Assembly (NCBI GenBank): GCA_050248855.1
Contig: JBFWRP010000007.1
Location: forward strand, 76,695-140,694
Origin: Planctomycetota bacterium
GTDB lineage: Bacteria; Planctomycetota; PLA2; JAEUHO01
DNA length: 64,000 bases
Direction of reading: 5' to 3'
The position numbers were made by a program, and so were the translations under genes. Below, in pieces: positions 50,111 through 58,513 of the stretch (the first letter of the stretch is position 1; every line of letters starts with the position of its first letter). Under the pieces are notes generated by a model. That model worked only from the letters and a program-made list of their open reading frames with translations, searched no databases and was not told where the DNA came from.

Positions 50111-50581
50111 ATGCGTCTCGTCGCCGTTTGCGTTCTCGCCCTCGCCGGCTCCGTCTTCGCCCTCTCGCTGCCCAGCACCCCCGCCGGGGCCCACTGCGAA
50201 GTGCCGTGCGGCATCTTCGACGACGCCGGGCGCTTCACGCAGATGCTGGAGGATCACTCGACGATCGCCAAGGCGATGGTGCAGATCCGCGACCTCGCCG
50301 AGAAGAAGGACGCCCTGTCCCTGAACCAGGGCGTGCGCTGGGTCATGACCAAGGAAGACCACGCCACCAAGGTCATGGACACCATCGCGCAGTACTTCAT
50401 GGCCCAGCGCATCAAGCCCGGCGCGGACGAAGCTGCGCAGGGCGTCTACATCGACCAGCTCACCAAGGCCCACGCCGTGATGACCTCGGCGATGCGCTGC
50501 AAGCAGAGCGTGGCCGACGCGGACGCCAAGGGGCTGCACGACGCGATCCACGCGTTCCAGACCGCCTACACCAAGAAGTAG
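50111..50581 (+). CDS. sodN: nickel superoxide dismutase precursor
   Basis: GGAGG SD. Leader MRLVAVCVLALAGSVFALSLPSTPAGA followed by the Ni-hook HCEVPCGIFDD (canonical HCxxPCGxY). The rest is a four-helix-bundle-like sequence. Confidence 0.85.
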   Translation: MRLVAVCVLALAGSVFALSLPSTPAGAHCEVPCGIFDDAGRFTQMLEDHSTIAKAMVQIRDLAEKKDALSLNQGVRWVMTKEDHATKVMDTIAQYFMAQRIKPGADEAAQGVYIDQLTKAHAVMTSAMRCKQSVADADAKGLHDAIHAFQTAYTKK

Positions 50582-50657
50582 GTCCGGGAACACGTCTCCG
50601 CCGCGAGCGAACTCGCCCGCGGCGAGCGGTCCCGCGCCACGCCGGCGTCTCCCGTTC

Positions 50658-50696
50658 GAGGCCGCGCGGCCCTCATTCCAGGGCCCGCGCGGCCTC
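50658..50696. terminator. strong hairpin between convergent sodN and the HAD gene
   Basis: 16-bp stem with one bulged C (GAGGCCGCGCGGCCCT / AGGGCCCGCGCGGCCTC) and a 6-nt loop. The + strand continues GTCGTGTTCGG. Confidence 0.5.
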
Positions 50697-50879
50697 GTCG
50701 TGTTCGGGCACGGGGCTTGCTCCCCTGCCGCACGCGTCGCACCGAGCGGCGCGAGACTCCGTCGCCGAACGGGCCGGACCTCCGGAAGTCGGTTGGCATG
50801 AGCCCCAAGCTGCCAGCCGGCGCGGATTGCACGGGCGGCGGCGGAGTCCCGCGCCGGCAGTGCGGCCACGCGTTGCGCG

Positions 50880-51584
50880 CTAGCCTTCGCCGAAGCGGAC
50901 TTCGAGCTGCTTGGCGGCGAGGTGGAGGTCGTCGGCGGCCCAGCCGTCGTCGGGGTGCGGGCCGCGGACGAGGAGCGCGGGCAGGCCGATGGCCTCGGCG
51001 CCGCGGATGTCGGCGTCGAGGTTGTCGCCGACCATCACGATGGTGTCGGCGCCGTTGCACGCCGCGATCGCGGCCAGGAAGGCCTGCGGGTGCGGCTTCT
51101 CCACGCCCAGGTGCGCTGACGACAGCACGGCATCCACGAGGTCCCGCAGCCCCAGGGCTTGCACGATGTCGTGAAGCTCGGGCACGTGGTTGGAGAGGAT
51201 CACGTGCCGCCAGCCGGATGCGCGCAGACGCGTCAGGGCGGCCAGCGTGTCCGGGAAGAGGTGGAACTCCTCGGCGCGCGTGTACCGGGGTCGCACGGCC
51301 GCAGCCAAGCGACGTGCCGTTGGCGCGTCGACACCGACGCGCTCGTACGCACGGGCGAGGCCGCCGTTGACGTGGTCCCACCACGCGTCTGCTTCGCACA
51401 AGTGCGGATGGGGCTCCTCCGGCGTGTGCCACGGGAAGCCATGGCGAAGGGCCGCGCGCAGATCGTCGCGCGACACCCGGAGGTCGGGCAGCTCCTCTTC
51501 GAGCAGGTCGAGCATGACGCCCGACCAACGTCCCGGCCGGAAGGCGAGCGTCTCGTCGAAGTCCCACAGGGCCACGCGCACCAT
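50880..51584 (-). CDS. HAD-superfamily hydrolase
   Basis: Internal ATG (MVRVALWDFDETL is the DxDxT motif I), SNH (motif II region), and GDNLDADIRGA (motif IV). Confidence 0.8.
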   Translation of the reverse strand: MVRVALWDFDETLAFRPGRWSGVMLDLLEEELPDLRVSRDDLRAALRHGFPWHTPEEPHPHLCEADAWWDHVNGGLARAYERVGVDAPTARRLAAAVRPRYTRAEEFHLFPDTLAALTRLRASGWRHVILSNHVPELHDIVQALGLRDLVDAVLSSAHLGVEKPHPQAFLAAIAACNGADTIVMVGDNLDADIRGAEAIGLPALLVRGPHPDDGWAADDLHLAAKQLEVRFGEG

Positions 51585-51591
51585 GCCCACG

Positions 51592-51597
51592 AGAGTA
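51592..51597 (-). promoter_or_regulatory. -10-like box TACTCT, 7 nt upstream of ATG 51584 (leaderless-type)
   Basis: Minus strand reads TACTCT-cgtgggc-ATG. Confidence 0.45.
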
Positions 51598-51705
51598 CCT
51601 GGGTCCGGACCGGAGGACGGACGGACACCCCCGCTCGCACTTCCCACGGGCCCGGGTCAGGATCGGCGGCTCGGTGCTGGACCCGTCCCGGCCCCAGGTG
51701 GAGTC

Positions 51706-52668
51706 ATGAGCGGTCCGACCCTGCCCCCCGCTGCCACCCGCGAGGCCTTCCTGGCAGCGCGTGAGCAGTCCACGCGTCTGCGCGAGGCCGTGGCGGCGCT
51801 GGCCCGCGAGCAGGGCTGGTCCAGCGCCGTGCCCGAGCGGTTCGACGAGGGCTCGCTCCCCGTGTTCGCCCTCGGCAACGACCTGGTCGTCAAGCTGTTT
51901 CCGCCCGCGTTCCCCGAGGACGCGGTCGTCGAGCGCGCCGCGCTGGAGGCCCTTGCGGGTCGCTTGCCGGTGGCGACGCCCATCGTCCAAGCCCACGGCG
52001 TGCGCGACGACTGGACGTGGCTGGCCATGGACCGCCTGCCGGGCTGGCCGCTGGACCAGGTCTGGCCCTCGATCCCCAGGGAGCAGCAGCTGGCCCTGAT
52101 GCGCTCGCTCGGGCACTGCTTGAAGGTGCTGCATCGCGTGCCGCTCGGGACCACGGCGATCCTGCATCCCCACTGGCCCACATGGATGGCCGAGCAACGC
52201 GCACGCGTTCGCGAGCGTCAAGCCGCCAAGGGCCTGCCCGAGCGTTGGCTCGAGGGCCTCGAGCCGTTCCTCGACAGCGTGGAGCTTCCGACCGACGTCG
52301 CGCCCGTGTTCCTGCACACGGAGATCATGGCCGCGCACGTGCTGGCGTTGCCCACGGGCGGAACGTGGCGCTTGTCGGGCCTGCTCGACTTCGAGCCCGC
52401 GATGGCGGGCGCCCCCGAGTACGAGCTCGCATCGGTCGGGCTCTTCGTGACCGAGGGGGATCCGTTCCTGTTCGATGCGGTGCTCGAGGGCTACGGCCTT
52501 CCACCCGAGGCGCGCGACGAGTCGCTGCAGCGTCGCTGCCTCGCCTACGCGCTGCTGCACACCTACGCGAACCTGCCGTGGTTCCTCGATCGCTTGGGCG
52601 AGCCGCCCGAAGGCCCTTCCTACGAGGCCCTCGCGCGCCGCTGGTGGGCGTTGCCTACGCGGGCGTGA
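51706..52668 (+). CDS. phosphotransferase (APH/choline-kinase-like) family protein
   Basis: Internal ATG with GGTGGAG SD. VVKLFPP, FLHTEIMAAHVL and GLLDFEPA resemble the APH family, but with HTE in place of HGD. Confidence 0.6.
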   Translation: MSGPTLPPAATREAFLAAREQSTRLREAVAALAREQGWSSAVPERFDEGSLPVFALGNDLVVKLFPPAFPEDAVVERAALEALAGRLPVATPIVQAHGVRDDWTWLAMDRLPGWPLDQVWPSIPREQQLALMRSLGHCLKVLHRVPLGTTAILHPHWPTWMAEQRARVRERQAAKGLPERWLEGLEPFLDSVELPTDVAPVFLHTEIMAAHVLALPTGGTWRLSGLLDFEPAMAGAPEYELASVGLFVTEGDPFLFDAVLEGYGLPPEARDESLQRRCLAYALLHTYANLPWFLDRLGEPPEGPSYEALARRWWALPTRA

Positions 52669-52683
52669 TCGCTCCTCCGTACT

Positions 52684-53280
52684 TCAGGCCACGAGCCCGT
52701 GCAGGAGCACGTCGATGACTTCGCGCGTGTAGCCCGGGTCGTCGGCCACGGCCAGGGGAACGGGGTGGAGCTGCGCGGCGCCCAGGCCCACTTGCAGCAG
52801 GAAGTAGCCCGCGGTGCTGCGGCGCACACCGCGCCGCAGGCCCTTCGCGGGTAGCGCCGCCACGAGCGCATCGCCCAGCAGCCCCAACGCCCCGCTGGCC
52901 GCCTCGCGCACGCGCGCGTCCTCGACCGCGCCCGCCGCCGCCGCCAGCACGAGGAGCTCGTCGCGGTGCGAGCCCAGCCAGGCGTGCAGGCCGCTGGCCA
53001 GGGCTTCGAGCCGCTCGGCGACCTCGCGGTGGCCTTTCACGGCCGCGGCCGGCAGCGGTGCCAGGCGCCCGGCCGCGTGGGCCACTGCGGCGCAGAACAG
53101 CCCCAGCTTGTCGCCGAAGTGTCGGTACAGGAGCGGCTCGCTGACCTCGGCGGCGGCGGCCAGATCCCGGGTTCCCGCCCCCTCCAGGCCACGGCGGGCA
53201 AAGATGGGGAGCACGGCGTCCAGGATCTGGAGCCGCCGCTCGGCGGCCGGAAGACGCGGGGAAGAATCTCGCTTGACCAT
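52684..53280 (-). CDS. TetR-family transcriptional regulator
   Basis: N-terminal HTH RRLQILDAVLPIFARRGLEGAGTRDLAAAAEVSEPLLYRHFGDK. Confidence 0.9.
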   Translation of the reverse strand: MVKRDSSPRLPAAERRLQILDAVLPIFARRGLEGAGTRDLAAAAEVSEPLLYRHFGDKLGLFCAAVAHAAGRLAPLPAAAVKGHREVAERLEALASGLHAWLGSHRDELLVLAAAAGAVEDARVREAASGALGLLGDALVAALPAKGLRRGVRRSTAGYFLLQVGLGAAQLHPVPLAVADDPGYTREVIDVLLHGLVA

Positions 53281-53301
53281 TTGGTTAGCCTACGCTAACT
53301 T
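53273..53301 (+). promoter_or_regulatory. sigma70-type promoter for the DUF2339-like gene
   Basis: TTGACC (53273-53278), a 17-nt spacer, then TAACTT (53296-53301). Operator 1 lies in the spacer. Confidence 0.5.
53284..53299. promoter_or_regulatory. putative TetR operator 1 (perfect palindrome)
   Basis: GTTAGC-ctac-GCTAAC. Overlaps the minus-strand TAGGCT box (53287-53292), which sits 6 nt upstream of the TetR ATG. Confidence 0.55.
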
Positions 53302-53307
53302 CCTCTT

Positions 53308-53323
53308 GTTAGCGAACGCTAGC
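53308..53323. promoter_or_regulatory. putative TetR operator 2
   Basis: GTTAGC-gaac-GCTAGC (one mismatch from a perfect palindrome), 24 bp centre-to-centre from operator 1 and just upstream of the AGGAGG SD. Confidence 0.5.
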
Positions 53324-53337
53324 AAGTAGGAGGCGCC

Positions 53338-55983
53338 ATGGACCCCCATCTCGAGCAGCGTCTGGCACGGATCGAGGAGCGGCTGGACGCCCTGGAGGAG
53401 ACGCAAGCCGCCGGCCGGCCTCTCCACCTCCTGTCGCCCGCCAGGCCCCACCTGCCCGCCGCGGGGCTCGCGACGAGGGCGACGGCCAAAGCGCCGCCGG
53501 CTCCGCCGCCGCCTCCGCCTGTGACGTCTGCGCAGGCCACACCCCCCACCGTCGCGACCGTGCCAGCCAAGACGCGACGCCCTGCCCCAGCCCGCTCCGC
53601 GCTGGACCTCGAGCGATTCCTCGGCGTCGCCGTGCTCGGCCGCATCGGCGTCGGCGCCGTCCTGTTGGCCGCCGCCTACTTCGCGCGCATGTGGTACGAC
53701 GCCTCCGCGCCGCTGGGCCGCGTGTTGCTGCTCCACGCGGCGGGCGCGTTGTTCTTCGCTGCGGGCTGGTGGGCGCGCGGCCGGGCCATTGCGCGCTACG
53801 TCGGCCTCCTCTGGGGTGCCGGCACGGCCCTCTTGTGGCTGGCCGCCGCGGCGGCCTACCTGCGCTTCGGGCTCGTGGGTCCCGAGGTCGCCTTGGGCAT
53901 GGCCTTGGCCACGAGCGTGCTCGCCACCTGGCATGCGCACGTGCTCGACAGCGAATGGCTGGCGAGCGCCGCGCTCGGCGGGGCCTTCGGCGCCGTCTTC
54001 CTCCTGCCGCTCACCGCCGACCCGCGCACCTTCCTCACGGCCTATGCGCTCGTGCTGCTCGCCTGGAGCCAGATGCTCGACCTCCGACGCGGCTGGGCGA
54101 TCGCGCGAGCGGTGGGCAGCGCCGGCGTGCTGCTGCTCACCGCCACGTGGGTCCTCCCGGGCGTGCGCTGGGACGCGAACCTGTGGTGGCACCTGCAAGC
54201 CATCGCCCTGGCGCTGGCCGCGCCCGAGCTTGTCCGCTTCCTGCTCGGCGGACGCCTCTCGCGCGCCCGCGGCGCCGCGGGGGCGACGCTCCTGGTCGTT
54301 CCGCAGGGCCTGTTGGCCCTGACGGATCTCGTGTGCGGCCACCTGCCGGGAGCCGGGACGCACGGCTTCGTCCTGGGGGTCGGGGCCGTGGCCCTGACCG
54401 GCGCCGTCCTGCGCATGCGCGAGGCCCGCGGGGGCACGCTCCTCGTGGGCTTCGCGGTGGCCGGCTTGGCGAGCGCGCTGCTCCCCTTCGGCGCCTCGCT
54501 CTGGGCCTTCCGCCTGGACGCGACGACGGCCCTGCGCTGCCACGTCGCGCTCGCCGCCCTGGCGGCGAGCGCGATCGTGCTGGTCGCGAGCTCGCGCTGG
54601 ACACGACGCGGCGAGGACGGCGCCGCCGGCGCCGGGGCGCTCGCGCTGCTCTGGCTGTTCCTCACGCCCCGGGGCGAACAGCTCGCGCCGGCGCTCGCCG
54701 ATTTCACGCTGGCGCTGCTGCCGGGTGCCCTGCTGCTGGCGCGCGCCCGCCGCACGCTCTGGTGCGGTGCAGGCGTCGCCCTCTTCGGCGCGGCGGCGGC
54801 CATCGAGCCGCTGCTCCTGGGGCTCGACACGCCGTGGGCCGCTCCCATGGCCTTCGGTCTGGCAGCCATCATCACCCTGGTGCTCCCGCTGGTGGCCCGA
54901 CCGGGGCGCAGTGCGCGGCTGCAGACGCTGCCCGCCGCACTGCCCCCCGTCTTCGCCGCGGCGTGGCTGGCCACGCTGGCCGCCGTCCCGCGGGCGGCTG
55001 ACGCCCTGCCCCTCTTCGAGCCCGTCACGATCTCCGCGCTCGTGATCGCGCTCACGGGCGCGGTCGTGCGCTGGCGCGGCGTCCGCGCCACGCGGGCAGG
55101 CACGACCGAGCGGGGTCTGGCCGAGGTGGCCGGTCTCGTGTCGACTCTCGTCGTCGTGATCGCCGGCCACCGCGAGATCGACGCGGCCACCGCGACGTGG
55201 GCCGCCGCCCAGGCAGGCCTCGCACGGATGGCGTGGTACGCCGCGGCCACGTTGCTGCTCGCCGCGCGCGGGCGCCGCACGCAGGCCCCGTGGGTGCCCG
55301 GCACGGTCATCGCGCTGGGCGCCGTGGCCGTGCTGCACGCGGGAGTCGTCGCCGCCGCGGCGCCCTGGACGCTCTCCACCACGACGATCGCCTTCCTGGC
55401 TGCGGTCGCGCTGCCGCTCGCGGCCGAGCGCGTCCTCCCGCGAGCTCGTGCGCTGTCCGCCGGGCGTGCGTGCTTGCTCCTGGTGGCGGCCTGCCTCTGG
55501 CTGGCGACGGGGCAACACGGGGTGCACGAGGGCGCCCTGCTCGGCAACGCGCGATTCCTGGCCGGCCTGGGCGTGGTGTTGGCCCTGCTCGTCGGCGCGC
55601 GCCTCGATCGCCATCGCGACGGGGCCCAGGGGCTGCGCGCGACCCAGCTCGGGGTCGCGCTTCCGCTGGGCTGGTTCGTCGGGCTGGGCGAGGTCCTGCA
55701 CCTCGTGCAGCCGCTGGACACGGCGTGGCGAGCCGTGGCGGTGAGCCTGTACACGACGGCCTGGGCCGCACTGCTGCTGCTCGGCGGGTTCCGCCTGCGC
55801 GTGCCGATCCTGCGCTACGTCGCGTTGGCCACCTTCGGTGCGGTCATCCTGAAGGTCGGGTTCTACGACCTGCGTGCCACGTCGCTGCCGCTGCGCGTCC
55901 TCGTGACGGGCGTCCTGGGCATCGTGCTGCTGGTCGCCGCCTACGGCTACGCACGGCGCAAGGAGGAACCGCGGGCCGGGTAA
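53338..55983 (+). CDS. large polytopic membrane protein (DUF2339-like)
   Basis: N-terminal coiled coil MDPHLEQRLARIEERLDALEE, a Pro/Ala linker, then more than 20 hydrophobic helices. AGGAGG SD. Confidence 0.6.
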   Translation: MDPHLEQRLARIEERLDALEETQAAGRPLHLLSPARPHLPAAGLATRATAKAPPAPPPPPPVTSAQATPPTVATVPAKTRRPAPARSALDLERFLGVAVLGRIGVGAVLLAAAYFARMWYDASAPLGRVLLLHAAGALFFAAGWWARGRAIARYVGLLWGAGTALLWLAAAAAYLRFGLVGPEVALGMALATSVLATWHAHVLDSEWLASAALGGAFGAVFLLPLTADPRTFLTAYALVLLAWSQMLDLRRGWAIARAVGSAGVLLLTATWVLPGVRWDANLWWHLQAIALALAAPELVRFLLGGRLSRARGAAGATLLVVPQGLLALTDLVCGHLPGAGTHGFVLGVGAVALTGAVLRMREARGGTLLVGFAVAGLASALLPFGASLWAFRLDATTALRCHVALAALAASAIVLVASSRWTRRGEDGAAGAGALALLWLFLTPRGEQLAPALADFTLALLPGALLLARARRTLWCGAGVALFGAAAAIEPLLLGLDTPWAAPMAFGLAAIITLVLPLVARPGRSARLQTLPAALPPVFAAAWLATLAAVPRAADALPLFEPVTISALVIALTGAVVRWRGVRATRAGTTERGLAEVAGLVSTLVVVIAGHREIDAATATWAAAQAGLARMAWYAAATLLLAARGRRTQAPWVPGTVIALGAVAVLHAGVVAAAAPWTLSTTTIAFLAAVALPLAAERVLPRARALSAGRACLLLVAACLWLATGQHGVHEGALLGNARFLAGLGVVLALLVGARLDRHRDGAQGLRATQLGVALPLGWFVGLGEVLHLVQPLDTAWRAVAVSLYTTAWAALLLLGGFRLRVPILRYVALATFGAVILKVGFYDLRATSLPLRVLVTGVLGIVLLVAAYGYARRKEEPRAG

Positions 55984-55986
55984 CCT
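55981..55986 (+). promoter_or_regulatory. -10-like box TAACCT, 7 nt upstream of GTG 55994
   Basis: TAACCT-gcgagcc-GTG. The TAA is the stop codon of the upstream gene. Confidence 0.3.
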
Positions 55987-55993
55987 GCGAGCC

Positions 55994-57010
55994 GTGCCGA
56001 CCAACGCCCCGCTCGCGATGAAGCTCCCGCTGCTGCGCCTGGGCGCGCTGCCGCTCGAGAGCCCCTTCGTGCAGGCGGCGCTCAGCGGCTACAGCGACCG
56101 ACCCATGCGCGTGCTCGCGCGCCGTCACGGTGCGGCCTACACCGTGCACGAAGTGCTGATCGACCGGTTCGTGCGCGAAGTCCGGAGTGCCACGGCCCGC
56201 GCGCGGCACTTCGCCGTCGGCGACGAGGAACACCCCGTCGGCGCGCAGCTCATGGGCAGCGAGCCGTCCGACTTCCCCGCCGCGGCCGAGCGGTTGGTCG
56301 AGGCCGGTTACGACGCCATCGACATCAACTTCGGCTGCCCCGTGCGCTCGGCCATGGGCGGCTGCCGCGGCGGCTACCACCTGGGCCAGCCCGACGTGGC
56401 CCTGGACATCGTGCGCACCGTGCGCAGTGCCGTTCCCGCCCACCTGCCCGTGACCGTCAAGATGCGACGCGGCATCGACGACACGCCGGCCAGCCGCAGC
56501 GCGTTCTTCCGCATCCTCGACGGCGCCTTCGACGCGGGGGTCGCCGCCATCACCGTGCACGGGCGCACCGTGGAGCAGAAGTACGTCGGTCCCAGCAGCT
56601 GGCCGTTCCTGCGCGACGTCAAGGCGCACGCCGGCGACCGCACGATCCTCGGCAGCGGTGACCTCTTCACCGCCGACGACGCGCTGCGCATGCTCGCCGA
56701 GACCGGCGTGGACGGCGTCAGCCTCGCCCGCGGCGCGATCGGCAACCCGTGGATCTTCCGCGACTGCCAGGAGCTGGCCGCGGGGCGCGTGCCGACACCG
56801 CCGACCGTCGCGGAACAACGCGCCGTGCTGGAAGCGCACCGCGACCTCCTGGCCGCGATCCATGGTCCACGTGGTTGGCTGACGCCGCTGCGCCGCCATG
56901 CGGTGAAGTACGCGCGCCATCACCCGGACGGCAACGCCGTACGCGATGCCTTCGGTCGCGCGCATGCACCGGAGGCGTTCGACGCGGTGGTGGCGAGCTA
57001 CTACGCGTAG
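55994..57010 (+). CDS. tRNA-dihydrouridine synthase (Dus family)
   Basis: FVQAALSGYSDRPMR, DINFGCPV and VTVKMRRG motifs of the FMN-dependent Dus TIM barrel. ATG 56018 is an alternative start. Confidence 0.85.
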   Translation: MPTNAPLAMKLPLLRLGALPLESPFVQAALSGYSDRPMRVLARRHGAAYTVHEVLIDRFVREVRSATARARHFAVGDEEHPVGAQLMGSEPSDFPAAAERLVEAGYDAIDINFGCPVRSAMGGCRGGYHLGQPDVALDIVRTVRSAVPAHLPVTVKMRRGIDDTPASRSAFFRILDGAFDAGVAAITVHGRTVEQKYVGPSSWPFLRDVKAHAGDRTILGSGDLFTADDALRMLAETGVDGVSLARGAIGNPWIFRDCQELAAGRVPTPPTVAEQRAVLEAHRDLLAAIHGPRGWLTPLRRHAVKYARHHPDGNAVRDAFGRAHAPEAFDAVVASYYA

Positions 57011-57013
57011 GCG

Positions 57014-58513
57014 TCAGAAGCCTCCGCCCGTGCGGAAGCCACCGCTTCGCGACGAGCCGCCGCTGCGCGAGGAGCCACCGCCGCTCCAGCCGCCGCCGGA
57101 CGAGCCACGGCTCGAGGAACCGCCCCCCCACGACCACCCACCGCCGCTGGAGCGGCCACCACCGCCACGCGAGGACCCGCCCCAGCTCCAGCTTCCGCCC
57201 CAGCTGCCGCTGCGACGCGAGGACGGCGGGGTCTCGAACCACTGGTTGCGGCTCATGGTGGCCCAGATCTCGGCGGCCGTGAGCACGCCCGCGAGCAGGC
57301 TCTTGAGCAGCTGGCCCCAGTCGAGGCCCCCCTTCAGGACCGAGCTCGACGCGTCGTAGTCGTTGCGCCGGAAGCGCCGCCGGAGGTCCTCGACACGCCC
57401 AAGGGCCTCGAGCGCCTTCCGGTGCGCCTCGTGTTGTTCGGCGAGCATGGCGCCGAGCCTCGAGCGCTCGGCCTGCAGGGCCGCGAGCGCCGTGACGGCG
57501 AGGTCGTCCACGCTGGTGGGCGTCGCGGTCGCGTCGCGCTGCAACGTGGCCAGCGGCTCGCTCTCCACGTGGGCCACCAGCAGGCCGTAGGCCTTGCGGC
57601 TGAGCTCGTCTTCGTCCGCGTCGAAGGCGGCCAAGCGCTCGCGCCCCTTGGCAATCCGCGCTTCCGCCTCCTCCACGGCCTCCTCGGCCTTGGTCAACAC
57701 CGCGGCGCGCCCATCGACGTCGGCCAGCAGCTCGAGGATGCCCGCCTTCTCCTCGGCTTCCGCGACGGAGGCGGCGACCGCGTCGGTCTCCGCCGTCGCC
57801 TTCTCGGCAGCACGCCGGGCGTGCTCGGCCAAGCGCACGGGAATCTCGAGCAGGCGGGCGTAGTTGCGGCGCGCGCCGTCGTAGCGGCAGAGCTTGGCGA
57901 CCCAGCCGTCGAGCGTCCGGATCAGCGCGTTCGCCCGGTAGCGCTCCGTGCCGTAGCCGCGCTTCCAGAGGTAGGCGAAGAGCTTGTCCTTCTCGTAGGG
58001 CTCGCCTTTGGCGACGCGGTCGGCGGCGCTGGCCTCGGCCTTCTCGTGCGCCGCCTGGGCCTGGGCCGTCGCCCGCTCCGCGCGCTGGACGAGCATCTCG
58101 TGGCGGGGCGAGGCGGCCAACGCTTCCGCAACGGCTTCGCGACGCGCCTCCAGCGCCGCCACGGCCGCGTCCAGCTCCGCCCGCCGCTCCACGCGCACGC
58201 CTTCGCGGCGCTCGCGGTCGGCCGCCGCGTCGGCGATGGCCTCTTCCGTCTCGAGGCGCGCCGCATCGCGCTCGGCGAGCAGAGCGAGGACCCGCTGGTC
58301 GACGGCATCGAGGTCTGCGGTGACCTGCTTGGCCTCGAGCGCGTCGAAGCGCGCCCGCGCCACGTCCGCCAGCTGGCGGGTCTCCTCCTCGCGCAGGCCC
58401 TCGAGGCGGTCGGCCGTGGCCCGCAGCTCGCGACCGGCGCGCTCGGCGCGCTCGGCACCCGCCGCCACGGTGGCCTCGATGTCGCGCAGGACGGCGGCGC
58501 CGCGGCTCACCAC
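57014..58513 (-). CDS. coiled-coil protein with a 69-aa Gly/Ser/Trp/Arg-rich C-terminal tail, hypothetical
   Basis: Tandem GTG starts (58513/58510); the second overlaps the upstream stop (GTGA). Long Ala/Glu/Arg coiled coils and a conserved-looking core KGEPYEKDKLFAYLWKRGYGTERYRANALIRTLDGWVAKL. Confidence 0.6.
   Translation of the reverse strand: MVSRGAAVLRDIEATVAAGAERAERAGRELRATADRLEGLREEETRQLADVARARFDALEAKQVTADLDAVDQRVLALLAERDAARLETEEAIADAAADRERREGVRVERRAELDAAVAALEARREAVAEALAASPRHEMLVQRAERATAQAQAAHEKAEASAADRVAKGEPYEKDKLFAYLWKRGYGTERYRANALIRTLDGWVAKLCRYDGARRNYARLLEIPVRLAEHARRAAEKATAETDAVAASVAEAEEKAGILELLADVDGRAAVLTKAEEAVEEAEARIAKGRERLAAFDADEDELSRKAYGLLVAHVESEPLATLQRDATATPTSVDDLAVTALAALQAERSRLGAMLAEQHEAHRKALEALGRVEDLRRRFRRNDYDASSSVLKGGLDWGQLLKSLLAGVLTAAEIWATMSRNQWFETPPSSRRSGSWGGSWSWGGSSRGGGGRSSGGGWSWGGGSSSRGSSGGGWSGGGSSRSGGSSRSGGFRTGGGF

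Noticed and set aside
53290-56004. 904-aa minus-strand ORF
   Set aside because: It is antisense to the polytopic membrane protein, whose hydrophobic helices give a meaningful translation only on the plus strand.
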